Of a stretch of 64,000 nucleotides of DNA, positions 38,752 to 49,205 are shown piece by piece. Made by a program: the position numbers and the translations under genes. The notes under the pieces are model-generated. The model saw only the letters and a program-made list of their open reading frames with translations, ran no database searches and was not told where the DNA came from. Source of the DNA: Candidatus Poribacteria bacterium (lineage in GTDB: Bacteria; Poribacteria; WGA-4E; PCPOR2b). The stretch spans positions 1,088,001 to 1,152,000 of the forward strand of contig OZ242351.1 of NCBI GenBank assembly GCA_965208675.1, written 5' to 3'. Every line of letters starts with the position of its first letter. Positions within the stretch are counted from its first letter, which is position 1.

Positions 38752-40707
38752 ATGAGCGTTCGCCCCATTTCTCGACCGAAGGTTGTGTACATCCGTTTCG
38801 TTACCAAGATCGCTACGGCGGTGCTGCTATTCATCTCGTGTTCGGTACAAGCGATTAATTTCGCCGACAAAATCGTATATGTCTCCAATCTCGGCGTAAC
38901 ACCCGAAGTGTTTCTAGTTGAAGGATTGGACGGCAATCCGGTTCAACTCACGCGCAATATGTTCGTAAGTTCGCCCACAATTTCTCCTGATGGCGCTGAG
39001 GTCGCCTTTGTCTCCAGTCCACCGGGAGGACAATCGGATATTTTCAAATTGCACATCGCAGCCGATCGAGTTGAAAAACTGACGGGCAATGCCGAATGGG
39101 ATGCCAGATTCACTGATCTCGATTGGTCGCCCGATGGTCAACAAATCCTTTTTATCACGTCAATAGGTGTGCAAGGCGGCGATCAAACATATCTTAGCGT
39201 GGTGAATATGGACTCTCACGTCATTCGGCATATTCTTCAACCCGACCTGACGACTCGTATTTCGAATCCCAGTTGGTCGCCCGATAGCCGTCACATCATA
39301 TTTAGCCAAGAAGATGAGGGGCTTATTCGTGACAGGCTATTTATTACTGACGACAAGGGGAACAACGTCATCGAGGTAAGGCAAAGAGAACTCGAATTCT
39401 TGACCGATGCGTCGTCTGTTCACGTCAATACAATCCCTGCATGGTCGCCGAGTCAGCGCGAAATTGCCTACGTCACGTTAATTGAAATCAACCGCACTGC
39501 GCCCAATCCGATTCAAATCTATTCCATGAACCTGGCTGATGGCAGCGCTGCGGCGTTAACATCTGAAAAAACGATGCACAGTATACCGCTGGCTTGGAGT
39601 CCGGATGGGTTGAAATTTCTGTTCGCCGCTTTACCATTCGATCAAGAAGCTGAATCGAATGACATCTATGTCATGGACGCCAATGGAAAAAATATGACAA
39701 ATTTGACGCAGTCGCCGGAACATGAAGGAACTGCACACTGGTCGCCTGACGGAAGTGAGATTGTCTACGCGAGATTAACCGAAGAGCGTAATAGCACAAT
39801 CTTCGTGATGAATGAGACCGGTAAAAATCCACAGCAATTGACGTTTGAACTCGGATTAAATGCAGCTCCATTCTGGTCTCCGGATGGAGAAAAAATCGTC
39901 TTCCTATCAGATCGTGACGGCGCGAGGCAAATCTATACGATGGATCGCGACGGCGAAAACGTCCAACAAATCACGGACATCCAACGCGAATTCGTTGGGG
40001 CGCCGGCTTGGTCTCCGGATGGCAAATGGATAGCATTCGGGTCTGGCGATAAAGACAGTTGGGGGCTTTATCGCATCGACCCACAAGGCCTCAAGGAAAC
40101 GCCCATTTTACGTTCGAACGTGAATCAACTTGATGGTCGGGCTATGTTCCGTCCTGCGTGGTCGCCCGATAGTCAGAACCTCATTTATGTCGACCCTGAA
40201 GCAAACGATAATGTCGGTCTAATGCGAATTCAAACCGAAGGAGGCTTGCCAACCCAGTTAAACACTGACGGAATAGAATTCTGGTGGAGCCCTGTTTGGT
40301 CGCCGGACGGAAACAGCCTCCTCTTCAGTGCGCAAAGGAATGAAGACGGCCCTTTCTTTGCCGATCAAATGCTTGCGCTATACTTGACCAACCCCGATAC
40401 TTCGGTACAAAGGGAGATTTTTCTTAGGGGCATTGACCATTTAGATTTTAAATCAGAATGGAATTTTCGCCGGTTAGTGTGGGCGCCAGACCGTTCGCAA
40501 CTCTTGTTGTCAATTGAGCAGAAACGGGTAGGCACTCAACAGGAACAGAGGCTATATCTGATTGACACCGTGAATGAAACCGCCAGCTTATGGATGAAAG
40601 ACGCGGGCGATGCAGATTGGGGCCGACCGGGCTTTGTGTATTCGGTGAATCCCAGCGGCAAACGGATTTCAACATGGGCTGAACTGAAAAAAACATCGAA
40701 GCACTGA
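38752..40707 (+). CDS. Secreted TolB-like (PD40-repeat) double beta-propeller protein 1
   Basis: Many 'WSPDG' repeats and a signal peptide. Ends SVNPSGKRISTWAELK. ATG at 38752 follows GGAGG. Confidence 0.88.
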   Translation: MSVRPISRPKVVYIRFVTKIATAVLLFISCSVQAINFADKIVYVSNLGVTPEVFLVEGLDGNPVQLTRNMFVSSPTISPDGAEVAFVSSPPGGQSDIFKLHIAADRVEKLTGNAEWDARFTDLDWSPDGQQILFITSIGVQGGDQTYLSVVNMDSHVIRHILQPDLTTRISNPSWSPDSRHIIFSQEDEGLIRDRLFITDDKGNNVIEVRQRELEFLTDASSVHVNTIPAWSPSQREIAYVTLIEINRTAPNPIQIYSMNLADGSAAALTSEKTMHSIPLAWSPDGLKFLFAALPFDQEAESNDIYVMDANGKNMTNLTQSPEHEGTAHWSPDGSEIVYARLTEERNSTIFVMNETGKNPQQLTFELGLNAAPFWSPDGEKIVFLSDRDGARQIYTMDRDGENVQQITDIQREFVGAPAWSPDGKWIAFGSGDKDSWGLYRIDPQGLKETPILRSNVNQLDGRAMFRPAWSPDSQNLIYVDPEANDNVGLMRIQTEGGLPTQLNTDGIEFWWSPVWSPDGNSLLFSAQRNEDGPFFADQMLALYLTNPDTSVQREIFLRGIDHLDFKSEWNFRRLVWAPDRSQLLLSIEQKRVGTQQEQRLYLIDTVNETASLWMKDAGDADWGRPGFVYSVNPSGKRISTWAELKKTSKH

Positions 40708-40831
40708 TGCTCATGAAAGCCGACTGAATTGTGAAGATGGGTCATGGGACGATTCAAACTGGTAGGGTGCCGCTACTCTAAATGGCGCGGATTTTAATAT
40801 TCAACATTGCCTAACACGCAATGCGAACACC

Positions 40832-42739
40832 GTGAATATTATGAGATTGGCAATGAGCTTTATTCGATTCACTCATCGAATTGCCCTAGCGCTAACATTA
40901 TTGATCTTGAGTTCCGTCCAAGCGAGGGGCGTAGAAGACAAGATAGTCTTCATTTCCAAGCGCAACTTCACGCCTGAAGTTTTCTTGGTTGAAGGCTTGA
41001 ACGGCAGACCGATTCAACTCACACGAAATATGTTTGCAAGTTGGCCCTCAATTTCTCCGGACGGCACTGAGGTCGTCTTCGTATCTCGCCCGCCTGCCGA
41101 ATCAGAAAACATCTTCAAATTGCGCATTCCAACTCGAAAAATTGAGAAATTGACTGGCGATGATAAACGGGATGCTCAATACACCGATTTGGATTGGTCG
41201 CCTGATGGCAAGCAAATTTTGTTCATAAAGTCTGTCGTTACATTTAATGGCACAAAAACCATTCTGTGCGTAATGGATATGACTAAACGCGATATACGGC
41301 ACATCCTTCAACCAGAGCTCCCAGCAACTATTTATCATCCCAGTTGGTCGCCTGATAGTCAGCATATTCTATACGGACAACTTCAAGACCACGGACTGTT
41401 TATCACTGACGAGAATGGGCATAACATCGTTAATGTTACACGGGATTATTCAGCAGGGTATTCCTCATGGTCACCGAGTCACGGTCAAATTGCTTACATT
41501 GGAGTCGTTGTGACTGAACCGCCACCGCTGAATATTCTTCAAATCTACTCAATGAATCTCGCTGACGGAAATGTTACCGCTCTGACCTCTGGGAATACCG
41601 TGGACAGTATTCCATTAGCTTGGCGTCCAGATGGGCAGAAAATCCTATGCGCGATTCAATCTTTCTTTAATCCATACGATTTCGATAAAGGAAATAATTC
41701 GAGCGATATCTACGTCATGAATACCGATGGCACGAACATGTTGAACTTGACGCAGACGCCGGAGTATGAAATTAGTGCTAGCTGGTCACCCGACGGCGAT
41801 TGGATTGCGTTCGACAAAGCGGTAGAGGAAAGGGGAATTGCAATTTTCGTGATGAATGCGAATGGACTGAACCCGCAGCGATTGACGTTTGGCCCCGGGA
41901 ATAGCATGGCCCCCGATTGGTCACCGGACGGCCGCACAATTGCTTTCCTGTCAAATCGAGATGGTGCACTTAGAATCTACACCATGGACACGGCCGGAAA
42001 AAATGTGCAACAGCTTACACATCGTCGTCGCAAATTCGACGGGGCGCCGGCTTGGTCGCCCGATGGGCGATGGCTTGCTTTCGGATCCGGGGATGAACGG
42101 AGTTGGGGACTTTATCTCATAGATCCCCATGGCCGCAACGAATCGCCCATGTTCCATTCGCAGGTGAGCCAACCGTACTATTGGGCTTACTTGCGTCCTA
42201 CATGGTCCCCCGATAGTGAGCATCTCGCTTTCGTCGCCCCCTGGAGGGAAAGTGGAGCTAACTTAATGAAAATTCGGGTTAATGGTGGTAGGCTAACCCA
42301 GTTAAACACTGAAGGTTTAAAATTTCGGCAGAGTCCCCTGTGGTCACCAGACGGCAACGCTCTGCTTTTCAGTGCGATAAAGGAGAGAAAACCCATCATT
42401 CCCAAAGCAGAATTCGGACTATTCATGAGGAATCTCAATACCTCCGAACGCATCGAATTCATCTTGCCGGGTTTCTACGATTTCCTTTTAGATTCAGATT
42501 GGGTTCTTCGCCGGTTGGTTTGGGCTCCAGACGGCTCGCAACTCATGCTATCAATTGGGCAAATCGGAATAGACACTCCACAGGAACAAAGGGTCTATTT
42601 GATTGACGTCACTAGTGAATCAATCAGGCTATGGAGGAAAGATGCGGCTGAAGCAGATTGGGTCAGGCCGGGCTATGTGTATGCGGTGAATCCCAGCGGC
42701 AAACGGATTTCAACATGGGCTGAATTGAAAAGACGCTAA
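40832..42739 (+). CDS. Secreted TolB-like propeller protein 2 (exact start uncertain)
   Basis: Colinear paralogue of protein 1. Ends AVNPSGKRISTWAELK. Confidence 0.88.
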   Translation: MNIMRLAMSFIRFTHRIALALTLLILSSVQARGVEDKIVFISKRNFTPEVFLVEGLNGRPIQLTRNMFASWPSISPDGTEVVFVSRPPAESENIFKLRIPTRKIEKLTGDDKRDAQYTDLDWSPDGKQILFIKSVVTFNGTKTILCVMDMTKRDIRHILQPELPATIYHPSWSPDSQHILYGQLQDHGLFITDENGHNIVNVTRDYSAGYSSWSPSHGQIAYIGVVVTEPPPLNILQIYSMNLADGNVTALTSGNTVDSIPLAWRPDGQKILCAIQSFFNPYDFDKGNNSSDIYVMNTDGTNMLNLTQTPEYEISASWSPDGDWIAFDKAVEERGIAIFVMNANGLNPQRLTFGPGNSMAPDWSPDGRTIAFLSNRDGALRIYTMDTAGKNVQQLTHRRRKFDGAPAWSPDGRWLAFGSGDERSWGLYLIDPHGRNESPMFHSQVSQPYYWAYLRPTWSPDSEHLAFVAPWRESGANLMKIRVNGGRLTQLNTEGLKFRQSPLWSPDGNALLFSAIKERKPIIPKAEFGLFMRNLNTSERIEFILPGFYDFLLDSDWVLRRLVWAPDGSQLMLSIGQIGIDTPQEQRVYLIDVTSESIRLWRKDAAEADWVRPGYVYAVNPSGKRISTWAELKRR

Positions 42740-42813
42740 CGCCTTGATGGTTCATGCAATCAGATTCCACTAAGTAGAACAGAGTTCCCAATCAAACCCC
42801 AGGAGGACGACAA

Positions 42814-43563
42814 ATGAGATTGAATCTGTTTTGCATCGTATCGCTCTGTCTTATGAGTCTGATACTGAGTTGCGGCGATGACGAAGACGAACCGTCAATA
42901 GACGTTGTTATGTCGCCGACTGAGAGTCTTAAAGTTAAGGCAGGTATTCCGGACTCGGACAACATCGCGGTACCTGATGCTGACGAGGATCGCGTCAAGA
43001 ATCCAGAAATTGCAGAACCCGAGGTAGATCCCATCCAAGAAGCCATTGATGACGTTTTGGAACGCTTGCGGGAGGGATACGAAAAGGAAGATATCGCCCT
43101 GTATTTGAGTGCGTTCTGGATAGACGGATTTCAGTACATCGTCGATATGGCGACCCCCCACGATATATTTGACGATGTGATTTTTGACGAGTTCAAACAG
43201 GAAGCGCAATCAGCTGCGCGGGTGTTTGCGCGTTTCCAAGATATCGGCCTGCAAATTATAAACCCGGCTCAGATCGTGAGTGAAGCCCCCGAACAAATTG
43301 AAGCCGTGACCCATTATCGTGTTCAAGCGTTCGCTAACGATGGGCACGCGCTCGACGGCGGATTTCTTGCATGGTATGCGGAGGGAGATGCTCGATTCAC
43401 GTTTGAATTTCGCGAGGGCGAGTGGCGGATAACCAAGTGGTTTGACGAGGCACTTGGTGTGCAAGCAATTCACGTTTTCAATCTCGGCATTAAACCTGAA
43501 CCTGTTATTAGCCATATCGGAAAATTGGTCTCTATATGGGGCGTAATAAAAACCGCATTTTAG
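42814..43563 (+). CDS. Acidic lipoprotein, possible NTF2/SnoaL-like fold, with the C-terminal motif
   Basis: Lipobox 'LILS-C' followed by GDDED, 'GYEKEDIALYLSAF' and 'GEWRITKW'. Ends VISHIGKLVSIWGVIK. Confidence 0.7.
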   Translation: MRLNLFCIVSLCLMSLILSCGDDEDEPSIDVVMSPTESLKVKAGIPDSDNIAVPDADEDRVKNPEIAEPEVDPIQEAIDDVLERLREGYEKEDIALYLSAFWIDGFQYIVDMATPHDIFDDVIFDEFKQEAQSAARVFARFQDIGLQIINPAQIVSEAPEQIEAVTHYRVQAFANDGHALDGGFLAWYAEGDARFTFEFREGEWRITKWFDEALGVQAIHVFNLGIKPEPVISHIGKLVSIWGVIKTAF

Positions 43564-43569
43564 AGGAGA

Positions 43570-45333
43570 GTGCACGTGACTTGTCGCACGGTCTTTTTTA
43601 CGGTAGTATTCACCATCATCTCATTTGCCGTATGCGCGAGAGAACAGATTCTGTTCGTATCCGGACGACACGGTAACGATGAGATATACAGGAATTTTCC
43701 CGGCGCCAAAACTCAGAGGCTTACATTCGATGATGGTCGGGATTTATCCCCGGCGTTGTCGCCCGATGGGAAAAAGATGGCGTACGTCTCGACAATCGAC
43801 AAGGTATTCGAAATTGCCGTTCTAGACTTTAAATCTGGCAAACGCGAGCAACTTACATTCTCGCTCAAAAGCAACCGCCATCCTACTTGGTCCCCGGACG
43901 GCAGCCGAATCGCTTTTTCTTCAGAACGAGATGGCGATTCCGACATATTTATCATGGATTCAACTGGAAAGAATGTAACAAAGATGACCGACAACTTTCC
44001 GTGGGATGATAACTCACCGCATTGGTCGCCGACGAGCCAAAGGGTTGTGTTTATTTCTGATAGAGACAGGAAAGCCGATGAAATTTACTTGCTTGACACA
44101 CAGACCGGTAATCAGCGACAACTTACAACTTCATCAGTCCGGGCAGTATATCCCAAGTGGTCACCGAACGGATCCCAGATTGCCTACCTTGCGCCCCGGC
44201 GACAAAAGTTCCCTCCGCATATTATGGGGATATGGCGCGCGAAGCTTGATGGTTCGGATCTGGAGGCATTGGTCGCTGATGGGAATTTCAACGAGGCCCC
44301 AAAGTTCTCTCGCAATGGGAAATGGATCGCGTTTGAGTCTCAAAGAGACCGTAATCAGGACATTTTTGCCTTGCACCTCGAAACCCAACAATTGAAACGG
44401 TTAACGACACACCCCGGCGAAGATTCGTCCCCCGACTGGTCGCCAGACGGCGAACGCATCGTTTTTTCATCCAACAGAGAGGGCATACCCGATTTTGATA
44501 TTTACACGATGTCAGTCAACCGAGAACAGTTGACCAATCTTACTAAGAGCGGCATGGTGGAGTTAAATCCCGCGTGGTCCCCAAACGGAGAACAGATCGC
44601 TTTCAGCCGGGTAATGAATGATAATAGTATCAGGATTTACGCGATGGATACCGATGGCGAAAATGAAGTCTTATTGGTTGACATGCCCTTTTCCAATATT
44701 TCGCCGGCATGGTCTCCACAAGGGGACAAACTCGCTTTTGTGAATTTCCCAGAGCGTGGAGACACAAAATTTCAAATTTGTGTCGTTGCCCGTGATGGAA
44801 AGCATTTACGAGTATTCAATGAAAATTTGGATGGATCAATGGGGCAAATTGTTTGGTCTCGCGACGGAAGGCAGATTCTTTTCAGTCAAATTGACGGTCG
44901 AATTGCCTTTTACGATACGGAGACACATGTAGTCCGCACAATTGATATGCCGGTGGAAAATGTCTTCAATCTCGATTTGTCTCCCAATGGTGAGGAACTA
45001 ATTTTTACAGGTGTCAAGTGGTTGGAAAAACTTGAACGCCATTATGATGTCTTCTTGATTGACCGAGACGGGAATCCCTTACGAACTATATTAATGGATG
45101 CGGTGCCATCATCCTTAACCGGTGGGCTTGCCTGGTCTCCCGATGGGAGTAAGATTCTAGTAGGTCTTGACGATGGGTTGCACACGCTAGACTTGAATAC
45201 TGAAGACATAGAGCTGTTCATCAATTCTGCCGGGTCCCCTGATTGGCAGGATCCCTCTCTCCCGCGTTCGGTTTTTCCGCGAAACAAGTTGAATACCACA
45301 TGGGGTGCGATGAAAAAGAGCGAGAGACAATGA
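43570..45333 (+). CDS. Secreted TolB-like propeller protein 3
   Basis: PD40 repeats and a signal peptide. Ends SVFPRNKLNTTWGAMK. Confidence 0.88.
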   Translation: MHVTCRTVFFTVVFTIISFAVCAREQILFVSGRHGNDEIYRNFPGAKTQRLTFDDGRDLSPALSPDGKKMAYVSTIDKVFEIAVLDFKSGKREQLTFSLKSNRHPTWSPDGSRIAFSSERDGDSDIFIMDSTGKNVTKMTDNFPWDDNSPHWSPTSQRVVFISDRDRKADEIYLLDTQTGNQRQLTTSSVRAVYPKWSPNGSQIAYLAPRRQKFPPHIMGIWRAKLDGSDLEALVADGNFNEAPKFSRNGKWIAFESQRDRNQDIFALHLETQQLKRLTTHPGEDSSPDWSPDGERIVFSSNREGIPDFDIYTMSVNREQLTNLTKSGMVELNPAWSPNGEQIAFSRVMNDNSIRIYAMDTDGENEVLLVDMPFSNISPAWSPQGDKLAFVNFPERGDTKFQICVVARDGKHLRVFNENLDGSMGQIVWSRDGRQILFSQIDGRIAFYDTETHVVRTIDMPVENVFNLDLSPNGEELIFTGVKWLEKLERHYDVFLIDRDGNPLRTILMDAVPSSLTGGLAWSPDGSKILVGLDDGLHTLDLNTEDIELFINSAGSPDWQDPSLPRSVFPRNKLNTTWGAMKKSERQ

Positions 45334-45460
45334 TAGGATTCTCGTTACAGAATAATAACCACAATGGCGCAATAGGTTGACTTCGTTCTTAAATGAAATA
45401 CGCACCACGCACAGCGCTTCATCTCTATTTGCGGCAACCGGTGAACAGGGAGGGATTGTT

Positions 45461-47221
45461 ATGAAGCATTACATGGTGATTACGGTTGGTCTAATCTTTG
45501 CGGCGTTGCACTCGAGCGCGGAAGAGCAAATACTGTTTGTATCTGACCGGCACGGCAACGATGAGATATATCGGCATTTCCCCGGAATCAGGACCCAGCG
45601 ACTGACATTCGCGGCGGGATTGGATTCAGATCCAGCGCTATCGCCCGACGGCACAAAGATGGCATATGTCTCTTCACCCAATAGGACATTCCAAATTACC
45701 GTCCTAGACTTCAAATCTGGTAAACACGAGCAACTTACATTTTCGCTTTCACCCAAGCGCAATTTTAGCCCAAGTTGGTCACCGGACGGCGATCGAATCG
45801 CTTTTGCTTCAGACCGAGACGGCGACATGGATATATATATCATGGACGCAAACGGAAGGGACGTATCAAATTTGACCGACGATTCCTTGTGGAACGATAG
45901 TTCTCCGCATTGGTCACCGGTTAGTAACAATATTGTGTTTATTTCATATTGCGGCACTGAATGGGATGAAGTTTATCTGCTTGATGTACAGACCGGCATT
46001 CAGCGAAAACTCACATCCTCGTCCTATTTCGCTGCCCATCCTAGATGGTCGCCGAACGGGTCGCAGATTGCCTACCTCTCCACGCACGTGCCCTTGCCTG
46101 CGTTTGTGCAGCCGAATACTGCGATTTGGCGCGTGAAGTCGGACGGTTCAGATTTGGAAAAAATTGTGACTCAAGGCGAGACAAACACGCATCCGAAATA
46201 CTCCCCCAATGGAGAATGGGTTGCGTTCGAATCTTATATAGATTCAAATTCCGACATTTACACCTTGAACATCAACACCCAAGAACTAATTCGTTTAACT
46301 ACACACCATGGCTACGACTCCTACCCCGATTGGTCTCCGGACGGCGAACGAATTGCTTTTGTTTCCGGCAGAGACGGAAACCTAGACATCTTCACCATGA
46401 CCGTCAACCGTGAGCAGCTAACTAATCTGACAATGAACGGTTTTTCTGAACACCATCCTACTTGGTCCCCAGACGGAGAGAGAATCGTATTCAGCCGAAG
46501 GATGGGGGACACCAGCACCAGGATTTTCGTGATCGACAGCGATGGAGAAAATGAAGTCGAATTGGTTGATTTGCCGATTTCAAACACGTTTCCAACATGG
46601 TCGCCGCGAGGAGACAAACTCGCTTTTGTGAATCGTCCTGAACCGGGAGAACCGAAGTCGCGAATATATACGATAGATTTCGATGGACAGAACTTGGATG
46701 TAATCTATGAAGACCTGGACAATCGAATTGGAGAAATGGATTGGTCCGCCGATGGGACTCAGATCATTATTAATCAAATCCGCGGTCCAATCTCGTTTCT
46801 CGACCTGGCGACCCAAGAGGTCCAGACAATAAACGTGCAAGTAAGCAATCTCTACACTCTTGATTGGTCACCGAATGGCCAAGACATTATTTTTTCAGCG
46901 CCAATACCGGTCGAGGTTGGTGAACCGCGTCACGGTATCTTCATCATTGACCGCGACGGCACGCCTTTAAGAACTATCTATATGGACACGCCGCCGTTTA
47001 CTAGGGCGGATGGCCTTACTTGGTCACCCGACGGGAATAAGATGCTCTTCGGTCATGACGGCAAGTTGTTCATGCTTGACTTGGAAAGTGAAGCGGCGGA
47101 ACTGTACATGGAAACAGGCGGTAATCCCGATTGGCAGGATCCGACGCGCCCTCGCCCAGTGTCTCCGCGAAATAAGCTGAACACAACATGGGGCGAGTTG
47201 AAAAAGGGCGAAAGACGTTGA
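45461..47221 (+). CDS. Secreted TolB-like propeller protein 4
   Basis: ATG at 45461 follows GGAGG. PD40 repeats. Ends PVSPRNKLNTTWGELK. Confidence 0.88.
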   Translation: MKHYMVITVGLIFAALHSSAEEQILFVSDRHGNDEIYRHFPGIRTQRLTFAAGLDSDPALSPDGTKMAYVSSPNRTFQITVLDFKSGKHEQLTFSLSPKRNFSPSWSPDGDRIAFASDRDGDMDIYIMDANGRDVSNLTDDSLWNDSSPHWSPVSNNIVFISYCGTEWDEVYLLDVQTGIQRKLTSSSYFAAHPRWSPNGSQIAYLSTHVPLPAFVQPNTAIWRVKSDGSDLEKIVTQGETNTHPKYSPNGEWVAFESYIDSNSDIYTLNINTQELIRLTTHHGYDSYPDWSPDGERIAFVSGRDGNLDIFTMTVNREQLTNLTMNGFSEHHPTWSPDGERIVFSRRMGDTSTRIFVIDSDGENEVELVDLPISNTFPTWSPRGDKLAFVNRPEPGEPKSRIYTIDFDGQNLDVIYEDLDNRIGEMDWSADGTQIIINQIRGPISFLDLATQEVQTINVQVSNLYTLDWSPNGQDIIFSAPIPVEVGEPRHGIFIIDRDGTPLRTIYMDTPPFTRADGLTWSPDGNKMLFGHDGKLFMLDLESEAAELYMETGGNPDWQDPTRPRPVSPRNKLNTTWGELKKGERR

Positions 47222-47275
47222 TACGATTCGCATGACACAATTTTCTGAACGCTGGCACAATAAGGAGGGATAGTT

Positions 47276-49036
47276 ATGAAACATTACATTGTGATTGTGG
47301 TAGGTTTCACCCTGGTGTCATTGATAGCGAGCGCGGAAGATCAGATTTTGTTTGTTTCCGGAGAAATCAGGGAAGCCGAGATATACAGGCAATTTCCCGG
47401 CGGCAAAACCGAAAGGCTCACATTTAACAGCGGAAGGGATGGTGACCCAGCGCTATCTCCCGATGGGACAAAGGTGGCGTATTTCACAACTATTGATAAA
47501 GTATTCCAGATTGCCGTCCTCGACTTTGCATCTGGAAAAAGCCAACAACTTACATTTTCGCGTTGGCCCAAGCGAAATTTCAATCCAACTTGGTCGCCGG
47601 ACGGAAGGCGAATCGCCTATTCTTCAGAAGAAGATGGTGATTTCGATATTTATATCATGGATGCCGATGGCAAGAACGTCACAAATATGACCGACGATTC
47701 CCCGCGGCACGATAGGCAGCCCCATTGGTCACCAGTGAGCCAAAAGATTGTGTTTATCTCTAATCGGGACGATTACGCGGGAGAAGATGTGAATTTGCTT
47801 GATGTGCAAACCGGCAATCAGCGAATGCTCAAAAACCCATCATATGGAGCGGGTTATCCCAAATGGTCCCCGAACGGTTCCCAGATTGCCTACATATCAG
47901 CGGAACGGCCTGAGATTCCTCCGTTAACCTGGGCGATTTGGCGCATGAAGGCGGACGGATCGGATTTGGAACCGTTGGAAACTGAAGTCGACAGAGAATC
48001 GTACCCGAATTTCTCTCCCGATGGGAAGTGGATTGCATTTGCAACATGGAGAGACGCAAATACAGACATCTATGCTGTCAACGTGGAAACTCATGAGGAA
48101 ACTCGTTTAACAATGCATCTTGGCTACGACTCACACCCTGATTGGTCTCCAGACGGCGAACGAATCGCATTTGTTTCCGGTAGAGACGGTAACAGCGATG
48201 TTTTTACTATGACTGTCAACCGAGAGCAGCTAACCAATTTAACCAAGAGTGTCACATATGAGTCTCATCCCACTTGGTCGCCTGACGGCGAAAAAATCGC
48301 TTTCAGTCGGAGGATGGGGGACACCAGCATCAGAATTTACGTGATAGACAGCACAGGTGAAAATGAAGTCAAATTGGTTGACGCGCCGTTTTTCAATATA
48401 TATCCGGCGTGGTCGCCGCGAGGGGATAATATCGCTTTTGTAAATCACCCGGAACGGGAAAATCCAATGTTCCGAATTTGTACGGTTGACACGGATGGGC
48501 AAAACCTACAAGTATTATATGAAAATCAGGAAGAAGAAGGGGCGCCAGGAATCTCTTGGTCCGGTGATGGGACTGAGATCCTACTCCGTCGAGACGGCGG
48601 TCGAATCGCCTTTCTTGACACGGTTACCCGTGAAGTTCGCACTTTGCAGCTACCAGTGATCGGCATTGACAACCCCGATTGGTCGCGCAACGGCAATGAA
48701 ATCACGTTTTTGGCGATAGCCCATACAATCGAATCCTTTGAACCGCGCGACGGGGTCTACATAATTGATCGCGAGGGGAATCTGTTACGGACAATTTTGA
48801 CGGGCGGCCACTTCATTACTCACCATGGATTAGCTTGGTCACCGGACGGAAATAGGATTCTCGTCGGCCGCGAAGACGGCATATATACGCTTGACCTGGA
48901 TAGCGAAGCCATGGAGCTATTCATGGAATCCGCCAGTGAACCGGATTGGCAGGATCCGACACTACCTCGCTCAGTGTCTCCGCGAAATAAGCTGAACACA
49001 ACGTGGGGCGACATGAAAAAACTTGGAGCGCGCTGA
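47276..49036 (+). CDS. Secreted TolB-like propeller protein 5
   Basis: RBS AGGAGG and PD40 repeats. Ends SVSPRNKLNTTWGDMK. Confidence 0.88.
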   Translation: MKHYIVIVVGFTLVSLIASAEDQILFVSGEIREAEIYRQFPGGKTERLTFNSGRDGDPALSPDGTKVAYFTTIDKVFQIAVLDFASGKSQQLTFSRWPKRNFNPTWSPDGRRIAYSSEEDGDFDIYIMDADGKNVTNMTDDSPRHDRQPHWSPVSQKIVFISNRDDYAGEDVNLLDVQTGNQRMLKNPSYGAGYPKWSPNGSQIAYISAERPEIPPLTWAIWRMKADGSDLEPLETEVDRESYPNFSPDGKWIAFATWRDANTDIYAVNVETHEETRLTMHLGYDSHPDWSPDGERIAFVSGRDGNSDVFTMTVNREQLTNLTKSVTYESHPTWSPDGEKIAFSRRMGDTSIRIYVIDSTGENEVKLVDAPFFNIYPAWSPRGDNIAFVNHPERENPMFRICTVDTDGQNLQVLYENQEEEGAPGISWSGDGTEILLRRDGGRIAFLDTVTREVRTLQLPVIGIDNPDWSRNGNEITFLAIAHTIESFEPRDGVYIIDREGNLLRTILTGGHFITHHGLAWSPDGNRILVGREDGIYTLDLDSEAMELFMESASEPDWQDPTLPRSVSPRNKLNTTWGDMKKLGAR

Positions 49037-49205
49037 AACAATACATTCGCGTGATCGTAGTTCGAAGAAGCCGTGAATACGCGTAGCGATTATATTACGC
49101 CATTGACACACTTTGGACTCGACTTTCGGTTACAGTTATTCCCCTCAACCAATCCAATCCTACATTACATCTCATTTAGTTCAAATTTTGGAGGAGAGAT
49201 ACAGT